Positions 18,586 through 29,234 are shown, numbered from the stretch's first letter. The stretch: 64,000 nt of DNA from Acidobacteriota bacterium (GCA_022820545.1 JAJEFG010000093.1:1803-65802); one strand, 5' to 3'. A program made the numbers and translations. The notes: generated by a model not told the origin, from the sequence alone.

Positions 18586-20286
18586 ATGAGCCCACTGCTC
18601 GCGACGCTCGTGTGCTTCGCGCTCTACATCGTCGGCTACCGCTTCTACGGCCGGCGCATCGCCCGCCGCTCCTTCGAGCTGGACGATTCGCGGCCGACTC
18701 CCGCCCACGAACTGAACGACGGGCACGACTACGTCCCGACCCCGAAGCCGGTCCTCTTCGGGCACCACTACGCCTCCATCGCGGGTCTGGCCCCCATGCT
18801 CGGGCCGGCCATCGCGGTGATCTGGGGCTGGGTCCCCGCGATGATCTGGGTGGTCGTCGGAACCCTGCTGGTGGGCGCGGTGCACGACTTCTCGGCGCTC
18901 TGCATCAGCATCCGGGCGAAGGGCAGGTCCATCGGCCGGATCGCCGAGGACATCATCGGCCGGCGCGCCAAGTACCTCTTCCACGCCCTGATCGTCTTCC
19001 TGGTCGGGCTCGCGATGGGCGTCTTCGTCCAGGTCGTCGCGCAGCTCTTCTCGAGCATCTTCTATCCCGAGGCGGTCGCTCCGAGCACCGCGGTGATGGT
19101 GCTCGCCATCGCCATGGGGTACCTCTCCTACCGGAAGGGCGTCCCGCTGCGCTACCTCGTGCCCGTGGGCGCCACGCTCCTGTTCGTGAGCATCTGGCTC
19201 GGGATGGCGGTGATTCCGACGCCGGATCTCTCCACGACGGCCTGGAGCTATGTGCTGCTGGTCTACGCCTTCTGCGCCTCGGTCCTGCCCGTCTGGCTGC
19301 TGCTCCAGCCTCGGGACTTCCTGAACTCCATCCTGCTCTACCTGGGCCTCATCGGGATCTTCGTCTCCTTCGTGATCCAGAACCCCGAGTTCGCAGCCCC
19401 CGCCTACAACCCCGAGCCCAGCGGCGCCCCGCCCATTCTCCCGTTCGTCTTCGTCGTGATCGCCTGCGGCGCGGTTTCCGGGTTCCACGCGCTGGTCTCG
19501 TCGGGCACCACTTCCAAGCAGATCAACAAGGAGAGCGACGCACCCCTCATCGGCTACGGGGGGATGATCGCCGAGAGCCTGCTCGGGCTTTCGGCCGTGC
19601 TCGCCTGCACCGCGGGATTCGCGAGCAGCGATCTGTGGCACCAACACTACGCGGACTGGAACGCGGCGAACGGTCTCGCCCAGAAGCTGGACGCCTACAT
19701 CACGGGAGCCGCCAACTTCCTGGTCACCATCGGGATTCCGGTGGAGGCGGGGAAGGCCTTCGTGGCGCTCGTGGCGGTCTCCTTCGCCCTCACCACCCTC
19801 GACTCGGCAACCCGGATCCTCCGCTACAACATCGAGGAGATCTCGGAGAGCATCAAGGTTCCGGCCCTCGGGAACCGCCACGTGGCCTCCCTGCTCGCGG
19901 TGGCGATCATCGGCTTCTTCGCGCTGATGAAGGTCCCGTCGGGGACCGGAGAGATGGTGCCCGCGGGCACCGCGCTCTGGGCGCTCTTCGGGACCACGAA
20001 CCAGATCATGGCGGGACTGACCCTGCTGTCGGTCACCCTCTACCTCTACTTCCGCAAGAAGCCGTTCGCCTTCGCGCTCTTCCCGATGGTGTTCATGGTC
20101 GGCATCACCATCGCCGCCATGATCTACAACATTCGGCTCTACGCGGAGTCCGGCAACCTCGTCCTGCTATTGGTGGGCGGGGCGATCATGGCGCTCGCCG
20201 TCGGGCTGGTCTTCGAGGGGATCCTCCGGTTCACGAAGGGCCGGGAGGCCGCGATCGAGGGCATCCGCCGGGCGTTCGGGGACTGA
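18586..20286 (+). CDS. cstA: Carbon starvation protein A family transporter
   Basis: TPAH...DGHDYVPT, FGHHYASIAG, IACGAVSGFHAL, LWALFGTTNQ. Confidence 0.93.
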   Translation: MSPLLATLVCFALYIVGYRFYGRRIARRSFELDDSRPTPAHELNDGHDYVPTPKPVLFGHHYASIAGLAPMLGPAIAVIWGWVPAMIWVVVGTLLVGAVHDFSALCISIRAKGRSIGRIAEDIIGRRAKYLFHALIVFLVGLAMGVFVQVVAQLFSSIFYPEAVAPSTAVMVLAIAMGYLSYRKGVPLRYLVPVGATLLFVSIWLGMAVIPTPDLSTTAWSYVLLVYAFCASVLPVWLLLQPRDFLNSILLYLGLIGIFVSFVIQNPEFAAPAYNPEPSGAPPILPFVFVVIACGAVSGFHALVSSGTTSKQINKESDAPLIGYGGMIAESLLGLSAVLACTAGFASSDLWHQHYADWNAANGLAQKLDAYITGAANFLVTIGIPVEAGKAFVALVAVSFALTTLDSATRILRYNIEEISESIKVPALGNRHVASLLAVAIIGFFALMKVPSGTGEMVPAGTALWALFGTTNQIMAGLTLLSVTLYLYFRKKPFAFALFPMVFMVGITIAAMIYNIRLYAESGNLVLLLVGGAIMALAVGLVFEGILRFTKGREAAIEGIRRAFGD

Positions 20287-20299
20287 ACGCGGAAGGGGC

Positions 20300-21628
20300 A
20301 TGTCCTCGCCGATCAGGTCCGGCGCAACCCTGATCGCGGCGCTGCTGCTCGCGGCCACCGCCGCGGGGCAGGACCGGCTCGCGCTGGTCGGCGGCATGCT
20401 GCTCGACGGCTACGACGTGCCCCCGCTCCACCACGCGGCGGTGCTCATCGAGGGCGACCGCATCGTCGCGGTGGGCCGCGCCGCGGAAATGGAGATTCCG
20501 CCGGACGCCGACGTGGTGGACACGCGCGGCCGGGTGATGATGCCCGGGATGATGGATCTCCACGCCCACCTCGCGGTCCTCGGCCACGGCGAGTACGGCC
20601 GCTGGTTCTCCTGGATCGACGAGGAGGGGGTGGACATCGAGGAGGTCATGGAGATCTCGGCGAAGCAACTCCTGCTCGCCGGGGTGACCACCGCGGTGGA
20701 TCTCGGGGCGCCGCTCGAAGCCAGCCTCGCGGTGCGCGACCGCATCGCCCGCGGCGAGGTCCCCGGCGCCCGGTTGCTGATGGCGGGCCCCTGGATCACC
20801 CGCCGGGTGAGTTTCTGGCCCGAGAACTACCAGATCGGCATCAGCTCGCCGGAGGAGGCCTCGGCGGCGGTCGAGCGGCTCGCCGAAGCCGGAGTGGACG
20901 TCATCAAGGCGTGGGTCGGGCTCACCCGCGAGGACTACCAGGCGGTCGCGGACACCGCGCACCGCCACGGGCTCCGGGTCCACGCCCACGTGTACGCGCC
21001 GGACGACGTCCGGAACGCGCTCGAAGCCGGCATCGATGTCCTCACCCACGCGGGATCGGCGGGCACGCCGCCCTACGAAGAGGACCTGCTGCGCGACATC
21101 GTGGTCGCCGGCCGCCCGGTGGTGATCACCGGCGCCCACCGGGTGTGGGTGTTCCCGGCCACCGTGGAGTTCCCCGAGCGGCTGCAGGACCCGCGGCTCC
21201 GGGACGACCTGCCGGCAGCCATGTACGACGAACTGCAGCGCAGCTTCGAGAACTTCCACACGCTTCCCTACTTCCAGACGACCGCCCGCCAGATGTTCTT
21301 CGGCGACGCCTCGCTCGGACAGTGGATCGAGGCGGGAGCGGTCATGGGGATGGGCACCGACTCCGGAACGCCCATGAACTTTCACACCGAAGCCCTCTGG
21401 CGGGAACTGAAGGCCCACGTGGATCTGGGCATGACGCCCATGGAGGCCATCGTGGCGGCGACCCGGATCAACGCCCGGATCCTCGGACTGGCCAACGACC
21501 TGGGCACCATCGAGCCGGGCAAGATCGCGGACATCGTGGTGCTCCGCGGGGACCCGCGGTTCAGCATCACCGCGCTCGACGACCCCGAGCTCGTCGTCAA
21601 GGACGGCAAGGTGTACCGAAGGGAGTAG
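20300..21628 (+). CDS. Exported amidohydrolase family protein
   Basis: MPGMMDLHAH, HAH, GTDSG, GTIEPGKIADIV; signal peptide. Confidence 0.9.
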   Translation: MSSPIRSGATLIAALLLAATAAGQDRLALVGGMLLDGYDVPPLHHAAVLIEGDRIVAVGRAAEMEIPPDADVVDTRGRVMMPGMMDLHAHLAVLGHGEYGRWFSWIDEEGVDIEEVMEISAKQLLLAGVTTAVDLGAPLEASLAVRDRIARGEVPGARLLMAGPWITRRVSFWPENYQIGISSPEEASAAVERLAEAGVDVIKAWVGLTREDYQAVADTAHRHGLRVHAHVYAPDDVRNALEAGIDVLTHAGSAGTPPYEEDLLRDIVVAGRPVVITGAHRVWVFPATVEFPERLQDPRLRDDLPAAMYDELQRSFENFHTLPYFQTTARQMFFGDASLGQWIEAGAVMGMGTDSGTPMNFHTEALWRELKAHVDLGMTPMEAIVAATRINARILGLANDLGTIEPGKIADIVVLRGDPRFSITALDDPELVVKDGKVYRRE

Positions 21629-21652
21629 CGGCACGCCGCCAAGGAGACAACC

Positions 21653-23509
21653 ATGAAGATTTCCGGTTTCCCGTTCCGGACCGTGCCGGTCCGGCAGACT
21701 GCGGCCGTGCTGGCCGTCCTCATCGGCCTTGCCGCGCCTTCCTTCGCTCAGGAAGCCGCCCATCCCATCCGCGTCGGGGAGATGCGAAGCCAGGACCGCC
21801 CCGTGGTGCCCGGAGTCCACGGCCTGGTGACGGCGGGACACCCGCTGGCGACCATGGCCGGCGTCCAGACGCTGATGAAGGGCGGCAACGCGATCGACGC
21901 CTCGGTCGCGGTGCTGGCGGTCCTGAACGTCGTCCGTCCACAGATGTCCGGCGCAGCCGGGAACGGCTTCCTGACCTACTTCGACAAGGCCTCGGGAACG
22001 GTCCATTCCCTGAGCGCCACCGGCGCGGCGCCGGGCGCGCTCCGCGCCCAGGACCTGACGCCCGACCAGTTGAACAAGGGCATCAACGCCGGCGTGGTCC
22101 CGGGCCTCTTCGGCGCCTGGATCTCGATGCTCGACCGTCACGGCACCATGAGTCTCGAAGAGGTGCTGGCGCCCGCGATCGACTACGCGAAGAACGGGCA
22201 TCCCATCGAGGAGTCGGTGTCGCGGGCGATCGCACTCTCGCGGGAGGACTTCGAGCGCTTCCCGACCAGCGTGCGGATGTTCCTGCCCGAGGGGCGGGTG
22301 CCGGAGACCGGCGAGCTCTTCAAGATGCCCGATCTCGGCCGGACGCTCGAGAGACTCGTCGAGGCGGAGCAGGCCGCCCGGCGCACCGGCAAGGACCGCT
22401 CGGAAGCCCTCGACGCCGCCTTCGACCGCTTCTACCGCGGCGACATCGCCGAGGAGATGGCCCGCTTCTACGAGGAGAACGACGGTCCGTTCACGCTCGA
22501 GGATTTCGCGGCCTACGAGCCCATGTGGAAGGAGCCCCTCCACACCAACTACCGGGGGTACGACGTCTACTCGAGTCCGCCCACCTCCCGCGGCGGCATG
22601 GAAGTGCTGATGCAGCTCAACCTGATCGAGGGCTTCGACATTGCCGCACTGGGCCAGAACTCGGCCGAAACGCTCCACCTCGTGATCGAGTCGATCAAGG
22701 TCGCCAAGTCCGACGTCTACCGCTACGTCGCGGACCAGGCCAGGTTCGAGGTTCCGCTCGAGGGACTCCTCTCGAAGGAGTACGCCGAGACGCGGCGCGC
22801 GCTCATGAACGAGCGGACCGCGATTGCCTACCCCGAAGGCGGCGTCCCGCCGGGCGCGGCCGCCACGGATGCGGCGCCGGGCGTTCTCTCCGCGGCGAAC
22901 CCGGCAGCCAGCCGGTCCTTCGCCGGCAGCACCACCAGTTTCTCGGTGGTGGACGGGGCCGGCAACGCGGTGGCCTGCACCCCGACCCACGGCGGCATGT
23001 TCGGCACCGCGGTGGTGGTCGGGGGCACGGGCCTCACCTTCAACAACGGAACCCGGATCGGCTCCACCGCGCCGCATCCCGACCACCCGAACTACGCCCG
23101 CGGCGGCCAGATCCCCATCCTGAACAACTCGCCGATCATCGTCCTGAAGGACGGCGAGTTCCTGCTCGCGCTCGGGACACCGGGCGGGGAGACCATCGGT
23201 CAGACCCAGTTCCAGGTGCTGTTGAACATCCTCGACTTCGGCCTGAACATCCAGGAGGCGGTCGCGGCGCCCCGCCTCAGCCTCTTCGCCGACCCCAACT
23301 TCTACACGCCGGGGGCCGACATCCTGGTGCGGGTGGAGAACCGGGTGACGCCGGGAGTGGTCGAAGCGCTCCTCGGGATGGGCCACCGGGCCGAACTCAC
23401 GGGCGGCTACGCCCTCGGCAGCAACAACGGCATCCTCATGGATCTCGCGGCCGGCACCATGACGGCGGGCGCCGACCCCCGCCGCGCCGCCTACGCCATC
23501 GGCTACTGA
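21653..23509 (+). CDS. Gamma-glutamyltransferase family (Ntn hydrolase), exported
   Basis: GGNAIDA, nucleophile TTSFSVVD, GTPGG, ADPRR. Confidence 0.92.
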   Translation: MKISGFPFRTVPVRQTAAVLAVLIGLAAPSFAQEAAHPIRVGEMRSQDRPVVPGVHGLVTAGHPLATMAGVQTLMKGGNAIDASVAVLAVLNVVRPQMSGAAGNGFLTYFDKASGTVHSLSATGAAPGALRAQDLTPDQLNKGINAGVVPGLFGAWISMLDRHGTMSLEEVLAPAIDYAKNGHPIEESVSRAIALSREDFERFPTSVRMFLPEGRVPETGELFKMPDLGRTLERLVEAEQAARRTGKDRSEALDAAFDRFYRGDIAEEMARFYEENDGPFTLEDFAAYEPMWKEPLHTNYRGYDVYSSPPTSRGGMEVLMQLNLIEGFDIAALGQNSAETLHLVIESIKVAKSDVYRYVADQARFEVPLEGLLSKEYAETRRALMNERTAIAYPEGGVPPGAAATDAAPGVLSAANPAASRSFAGSTTSFSVVDGAGNAVACTPTHGGMFGTAVVVGGTGLTFNNGTRIGSTAPHPDHPNYARGGQIPILNNSPIIVLKDGEFLLALGTPGGETIGQTQFQVLLNILDFGLNIQEAVAAPRLSLFADPNFYTPGADILVRVENRVTPGVVEALLGMGHRAELTGGYALGSNNGILMDLAAGTMTAGADPRRAAYAIGY

Positions 23510-23515
23510 TGGCGC

Positions 23516-23639
23516 TCGGAGCGCCGGCCTCCGGCCGGCATCGCGGCCCCCAGGGCCGCGGAACCGCGCACGCTCCTCCCCCGGATGGCACCCTTCGGAG
23601 CGCCGGCCTCCGGCCGGCATCGCGGCCCCCAGGGCCGCG
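23516..23639 (+). repeat. Two identical 45-bp REP-like direct repeats
   Basis: TCGGAGCGCCGGCCTCCGGCCGGCATCGCGGCCCCCAGGGCCGCG at 23516-23560 and 23595-23639; each contains two hairpins. Confidence 0.9.
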
Positions 23640-23680
23640 AAACTCTCGTCCTCACGCACCCTGGTAACGAATCGCCACCC

Positions 23681-24568
23681 ATGAAACTCCCAACCGCCCT
23701 CATCACCCTCCTCCTCCTGCTCCTCGCCGGCACCGCCCCCGCCCAGGACGTCCCCATGCCCGAAATGGTGGAGATCCAGGGCGGCGTCTTCTTCATGGGC
23801 TCGCAGGCCGGCCCGCCCCAGGAAAAGCCCATCCACGCCGTCCAGGTCTCGGACTTCTGGATCTCGAAGTACGAGATCACCCACGCCGAGTTCGCCGCCT
23901 TCGTCGAGGACACCGGTTACGAGACCGAGGCGGAGAAGTTCGGCACCGGCCGGATCCTCCGGGACGGCCGCTTCGTCTACTCCCCGGGCTTCACCTGGAA
24001 GGAGCCCCACGGACCGGGCTCGACGGTCACGGAACCCGACAGGTACCCCGTGGTCCAGGTGAGCTGGAACGACGGCGTCGCCTACACCCGCTGGCTCAGC
24101 CGGCAGACCGGCCAGGCCTGGCGGCTGCCCACCGAGGCCGAGTGGGAGTACGCCTGCCGCGGCGGCACCCAGACGACCTACTGGTGGGGCGACGACTTCG
24201 ACCAGACGAACGTGAACACCGCGGGCGCCTGGCGTCCGGGGGACGCCCCCTGGCCCCGGGACGAACACACCCTGATCACCCCGATCGACCGCTACCCGGC
24301 GAACCCCTTCGGGCTCCACGACATGCTCGGCAACAACTGGGAATGGGTCCAGGACTATTCCTCCGCGGACTACTACGCCGCCCAGGTGCGGCGGCCGGAG
24401 TCACCGGTGGTGGATCCCCAGGGGCCCGCCTCCGGCCATGAGCGCGTCCTTCGCGGCGGGGGGTGGAACGTCAACCCGGACCGGGCGACCTGTTCGTTCC
24501 GTTTCCTCGCCGACCCGCCGGTCTACCGCAGCGACCACGTCAGCCTGCGGGTGGTCCGGAACCCCTGA
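23681..24568 (+). CDS. FGE-sulfatase (SUMF1) domain exported protein
   Basis: YPVVQVSWND, RLPTEAEWEYACRGG, NPFGLHDMLGN, RVLRGG; lacks the catalytic CxxxxC of true FGE. Confidence 0.9.
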   Translation: MKLPTALITLLLLLLAGTAPAQDVPMPEMVEIQGGVFFMGSQAGPPQEKPIHAVQVSDFWISKYEITHAEFAAFVEDTGYETEAEKFGTGRILRDGRFVYSPGFTWKEPHGPGSTVTEPDRYPVVQVSWNDGVAYTRWLSRQTGQAWRLPTEAEWEYACRGGTQTTYWWGDDFDQTNVNTAGAWRPGDAPWPRDEHTLITPIDRYPANPFGLHDMLGNNWEWVQDYSSADYYAAQVRRPESPVVDPQGPASGHERVLRGGGWNVNPDRATCSFRFLADPPVYRSDHVSLRVVRNP

Positions 24569-25057
24569 GGCGCACGGCGGCTCCCCGTCGGCGCCGCTGC
24601 CCGCAGGACGACGCCGGCCGGTGATGGCTCCGGCGCCGAGGGCGCCGGCCGTGCGCTGACTCCTCCGGCGGGCCGGATTCCGCAGCCGGGCCGCGCCGCG
24701 CGACGGGGGCCCGGTCGAACTCGGTACGGCGGGCCGCCAGCGTAGCCGAGAGATCCGAATCTCCCGACATTCGCTCCGGAAACCCGGTCTTGTCCGGTCC
24801 GGAACGTTGAACACGAAACGGAGAGTTTGATTCATCCAAGAATCCGCTCCTCCGCTTGGTTGGAGACCGGGGACCCGGGCGAGTGGACCCGCGGCGGCCC
24901 CGGGCGGCTGCTCCATTGGAAACAGCGACTCATCGCGAGTCTCCGGCTGCGTTCGGGCGTCCGGTCGCCCGGTTGCACTTTCTGTGACGGCACCGGCCGG
25001 ACCGGATTGTCCGGCTTCGCCAAGGACGCAACTGCGCAACTTCAAAAAGGAGAAACC

Positions 25058-28000
25058 ATGCGAAAGTCCACTTGTGCGCTGCTGCTCGCGGCGTGTCTTG
25101 TTATCCCGGCCATGGCGTTTAGCCAGGGCGGCGATTCGAGCATCCGGGGCACGGTCACCGACAACTCGGGCGGAGTCCTTCCGGGGGTCACCGTCACCGC
25201 CACCAGCCCGGCGCTGATCGCCCCCGAGGTCGCCGTCACCGACAGCCAGGGCGCCTATCGTTTGTTGAACCTCCCGGTGGGCGTCTTCACGATCGAAGCC
25301 TCGCTCCAGGGGTTCGCCACGTACCGGCAGGAAGGCGTGGTCGTGCGCGCCAGCACGAACATCGGCGTGGACGTGGTGATGTCCATCAGCGAACTCGAAG
25401 AGACCATCACGGTCACCGCCGAGACGCCGATGCTCGAGATCGCCCGCCCCGGCAACATCCTCACCATCGAGGGCGACTTCCAGCGCGACCTGCCGATCCA
25501 GGCGCGCGGCAACTGGAGCGACTTCCTCGAGATGACTCCCGGCGTGAACGCCCGGCCGTTCGATGACGGTTCGGGCCGGATGGTGTACTTCGGCCACGCG
25601 ACCGAGCATTTCGCCCACGTCATCCAGCTCGAAGGCATGGCGGCGGCCGGCTATCAGGACGCCCAGGTCACTTACGTCGGCATGGGTTCCGACGTGATCG
25701 AGGACGCATCCGTGAAGACCGGAGGCGCCGAAGCGAAGGATCCCCTCGGCACCGGGCTGATCATCAACATCGTCACCAAGAGTGGCGGGAACGACCTCTC
25801 CGCTTCGGCCTCCTACGACCACCAGGAGTACGACTGGGGCACCGGAGACGACGAGGGACTCGGGGGTTTTTTCGGCGACAACGAGCTCCCCGACAACTTC
25901 AACCCGTTCGCCGCCGAACTGGCGAGCTTCCAGGCGCTCGGTGTGTACAACCCGCCGGACACCGTGGTTGCCGGCGCCGGAACCCCGACCGCGCATCTCG
26001 TCCGGCAGGCCGACTTCTCCGCCGGGGGGCCGATCCTGCGCGACCGGGCGTGGTTCTTCGGCACCTACCGCTACGCCGACCTCGCGGCGCGGATCAGCCG
26101 GAGCGCGGTGGACGTGGACCGGCTCAGCCAGCTCTCCGGAATCCCGCTCGCCAGCGGACTCGGAAGCGCGCCGGCCTACAGTGCGTTCCCGAACACGACG
26201 AAGAGCCACCAGCCGTACGTCAAGCTGACCGCCCGGCTGAACCCGAGCCACGAGCTCTCCGCCTACTACCAGCGCGACCAGCTCGACAACACCTCGAACC
26301 GCGAGTACGACATCGCCCCGCGGTTCACGGTCAAGACCGGAGGCGACCTGTTCGGCGCAAAGCTGACCTCGGTCTTCGGCGCGAACACGGCGGGGCAGTT
26401 CCTTGCCTCGTGGAACAACAAGGCGAGCGAGGTCCTGCAGGACGCGCAACCGCAGCTCGCGTCGATTCCGCTCTACGTGGAGATTCACGACGGTTTCACC
26501 GTGAACCCGTCCGGCACAACCGGCGACGGCGGGCGTATAGCCGCGCTCGGGACCGGCGGCGGTGGGGCCAACGGGAACCAGGGCCAGATCCGACCCACGC
26601 GGCTCCTGCTGCTTCGCGGGGACCTGACCCACTACGTGGACGATCTCGCCGGTTCGCACGAGATCGGCTTCGGCGTCTATGCCGCCCCCTGGAACCTGTA
26701 CGAGGAGACGCGTCTGTATTCGCCCTCGGGCGCCTGGCGGCAGGAGTGGCACGCGCCGGTGGACGCGAACGGCAACCAGGTCTCGGATCTCTCGCAGGCG
26801 GTGCGCACCGTCTGGTACCGGCGCCGCTGGAACGGCACCGAAACGGCGCCCGCAAGCGAACTGCTGGTCCGCGACGCCCGGGACAGCGACCTCGCGGTCT
26901 ATCTCCAGGATGCCTGGCGGCCGAACGACCGCCTCACCCTGAACCTCGGACTGCGGGCCGACCGGGTGAAGCGCCACGACGGCATCCTCGACATTGACCG
27001 GATGGACACCATCGCGCTCGGCCCGCGCGCCGGGTTCTCCTACCAGCTCACCGGGGACGGCCGCACCGTGCTGCGAGGCAACTACGGCCGCGTGCACGAG
27101 CAGGTGAACGGGCGCGACCAGGTCACGTTCAGTCATTCGGGCTCGACGATCGGCGAATACAACGAGTACGACCACGACGGGGACGGCATCCCGGACCACA
27201 GCGTCTTCACGCAACCGGTCGCCGGACTCCCCTCTGACGTGCTGTTCGATCCCGACATCGGGCAGCCGTTCGTGGACGAGTTCATCGGCGGCATCCGCCG
27301 GCAGTTCCCGGGCCAGCTCGCGATGGACGTCGCGGTGGTCCACCGGCGCTACACCGACAACTACGCGTTCCTCGAACAGAACGGCTTCTGGCCCGCCGAG
27401 TCGCCGGCTTCGGTTCCCCGCGGCGAGTTCCAGTACGGGCGCGTGGATCCCGATACCGGCAACGTGTACCAGCAGACGAACAACTCGTGGAGCAACCTCG
27501 TCTATACGGCGCTCGAAATCACCACCACGAAGCGCACCGAGCGGATGTCCGCGACGCTGAACATCAACCGGCAGTGGCAGCACTTCGCGGGCGACTGGAA
27601 CCCGAACGACCCGGCGCGCTACATCCAGCCCGAGAAGTTCGACTCCAACAGGGCGCTCTACATGCCGCGGGGCAACAACGAGCACAACACGCTGCGCAGC
27701 AACAACGCGCTCTCGTACGCCCCGACCTGGCGGCAGTTCTCGGTCCGCGGCGGGCTCACCTACCTGCTGCCGTTCGACATCACCGGCGGCGTCAGCTACA
27801 CGGCGAACGCCGGCCCCTGGTCCGGTCCGCCGCTCGCGCGGCTCGCGTCCGACGACCCGCAGGTCACGCAGTACGGTCCGGGACAGGCGAACAACGGCCA
27901 GACCAACCCTCTCTCGACCCGCTACCGCATCGTCGGCGCCGACCGCGGCGAGCTCCAGCCGCAGGCGCCCACCGTGCACACGGTCGGGCTCTCGCTAGGC

Positions 28001-28186
28001 AAGATCGTGGACTTCGGGCCCGCGCAGCTCGAGGTCACGGCGCAGATGTTCAACCTGCTCGACGCCCACAACCACAACCAGTTCACCTACAGCTCGGCGA
28101 ACCGCGCGTTCAGCTCGAACTTCCTCCAGCTCCGGAGCCGGCAGAACGCCCGGACCATGCTGCTCCGGGGAACGCTCCGCTTCTAG
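25058..28186 (+). CDS. TonB-dependent receptor (Oar-like, carboxypeptidase regulatory-like N-domain)
   Basis: AAAGGAG SD; GTVTDNSGGVLPGVTVT, QDAWRPNDRLTLNLGLR, C-terminal LRF. Confidence 0.92.
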   Translation: MRKSTCALLLAACLVIPAMAFSQGGDSSIRGTVTDNSGGVLPGVTVTATSPALIAPEVAVTDSQGAYRLLNLPVGVFTIEASLQGFATYRQEGVVVRASTNIGVDVVMSISELEETITVTAETPMLEIARPGNILTIEGDFQRDLPIQARGNWSDFLEMTPGVNARPFDDGSGRMVYFGHATEHFAHVIQLEGMAAAGYQDAQVTYVGMGSDVIEDASVKTGGAEAKDPLGTGLIINIVTKSGGNDLSASASYDHQEYDWGTGDDEGLGGFFGDNELPDNFNPFAAELASFQALGVYNPPDTVVAGAGTPTAHLVRQADFSAGGPILRDRAWFFGTYRYADLAARISRSAVDVDRLSQLSGIPLASGLGSAPAYSAFPNTTKSHQPYVKLTARLNPSHELSAYYQRDQLDNTSNREYDIAPRFTVKTGGDLFGAKLTSVFGANTAGQFLASWNNKASEVLQDAQPQLASIPLYVEIHDGFTVNPSGTTGDGGRIAALGTGGGGANGNQGQIRPTRLLLLRGDLTHYVDDLAGSHEIGFGVYAAPWNLYEETRLYSPSGAWRQEWHAPVDANGNQVSDLSQAVRTVWYRRRWNGTETAPASELLVRDARDSDLAVYLQDAWRPNDRLTLNLGLRADRVKRHDGILDIDRMDTIALGPRAGFSYQLTGDGRTVLRGNYGRVHEQVNGRDQVTFSHSGSTIGEYNEYDHDGDGIPDHSVFTQPVAGLPSDVLFDPDIGQPFVDEFIGGIRRQFPGQLAMDVAVVHRRYTDNYAFLEQNGFWPAESPASVPRGEFQYGRVDPDTGNVYQQTNNSWSNLVYTALEITTTKRTERMSATLNINRQWQHFAGDWNPNDPARYIQPEKFDSNRALYMPRGNNEHNTLRSNNALSYAPTWRQFSVRGGLTYLLPFDITGGVSYTANAGPWSGPPLARLASDDPQVTQYGPGQANNGQTNPLSTRYRIVGADRGELQPQAPTVHTVGLSLGKIVDFGPAQLEVTAQMFNLLDAHNHNQFTYSSANRAFSSNFLQLRSRQNARTMLLRGTLRF

Positions 28187-28207
28187 CGAACCGGCTCTCG
28201 CCTCAGG

Positions 28208-28228
28208 GGCGCCTTCCCACGCGGGGGG
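28208..28228. terminator. Hairpin between convergent genes
   Basis: GGGCGCC...GGCGCCC inverted repeat just after the receptor stop; a second hairpin GCAAAATGGG/CCCATTTGC lies near 28286-28313. Confidence 0.4.
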
Positions 28229-28368
28229 CGCCCTTCCGGCACGATGCCGGTCGAGTGAGCGAGCGCCTATTCCCCACTTCACATAGCAAAATGGGCAATA
28301 GCCTCCCATTTGCGCGTTGTTCCGCCGGCGCCACGGGACAGGAGATCCCGGGGACTGCGGGGCGTTGG

Positions 28369-29154
28369 CTACCGCGCGCAGGTGAGGTGGCGGCCGCCGT
28401 CCACCGGGATCGTGACCCCAGTACAGAAGCCCGCGTCGTCCGAGAGCAGGAACAGCGCCAGGTCGGCGACCTCCTCCGGCTTGCCGATTCGGCCGATGGG
28501 GTGCGTGGTCTTGCTGTGCTCCACGAAGGCCGCGTAGCGGTCGTCGTCGAGCCCACCGGCCAGGTGGAGTTCGGTCCGCGTCACGCCGGGGTTCACGGAG
28601 TTGACGCGCACCCCCTTGGCGGCGAGTTCGAGGGCCGAGCAGCGCGTCAACTGGTCGAGCGCGGACTTGCTCGAGTTGTAGGCCAGCACTCCCGGGAACG
28701 AGCGAATGCCGTTCACGCTGGAGACGTTGACGATGCTGCCCTTCCGCTCGAGCAGGTGCGGCACCGAGAGCCGCATCAGGTCGAAGACGGCCTCCACGTT
28801 CAGGGCGAACATCCGCTGCCAGGCGTCGAGCCCGGTGTTCTCGATGGTGCCGAAGGCGATCACGCCGGCGGAGTTCACGAGGTGGTCCAGCCCGCCGAAG
28901 CGTTCGACCGTTTCCTCCACCACCCGCGACCGGAAGCCCGCTTCGGTCACGTCGCCCGCCAGGGGGAGCGCCGCGCCGCCGGCCATCTCGATCTCGCGGG
29001 CCAACGCTCCGAGTCGTTCGGGCCGGCGGGCGGTGACGGTGACCTTCGCGCCCTCTCCGCCGAGCGCCAGAGCGGTGGCCCGCCCGATCCCGCTGGAGGC
29101 TCCGGTCACGATGGCGACCCTGTTCTGAAAGCGTTTCTGCGCGCGATCCGGCAC
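28369..29154 (-). CDS. Short-chain dehydrogenase/reductase
   Basis: TGASSGIG, YNSSK, VNPG, VDGG. Confidence 0.95.
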   Translation of the reverse strand: MPDRAQKRFQNRVAIVTGASSGIGRATALALGGEGAKVTVTARRPERLGALAREIEMAGGAALPLAGDVTEAGFRSRVVEETVERFGGLDHLVNSAGVIAFGTIENTGLDAWQRMFALNVEAVFDLMRLSVPHLLERKGSIVNVSSVNGIRSFPGVLAYNSSKSALDQLTRCSALELAAKGVRVNSVNPGVTRTELHLAGGLDDDRYAAFVEHSKTTHPIGRIGKPEEVADLALFLLSDDAGFCTGVTIPVDGGRHLTCAR

Positions 29155-29234
29155 GTCGTTCTCCTCTGCCTGGCAGCGGCGGCGGTGCGCCGCCCGCTGG
29201 ACATCCCCAAACCCCGGGCGGGAGACTATCGCCC

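Noticed and set aside
23516-23639. 45-bp repeat, 34-bp spacer, repeat as a mini-CRISPR
   Set aside because: Only two units, no cas genes or leader, and the repeat core recurs as dispersed REP-like copies.
23681-24568. True formylglycine-generating enzyme or EgtB
   Set aside because: It lacks the catalytic CxxxxC and the DinB-like domain, and no sulfatase is nearby.
20231-27979. Very long minus-strand ORFs (1362 aa, 1192 aa) and similar ones elsewhere (e.g. 1918-4062, 33602-35911, 44123-46288)
   Set aside because: They are antisense shadows of well-supported genes, expected in high-GC DNA with few off-frame stops, and carry no motifs.
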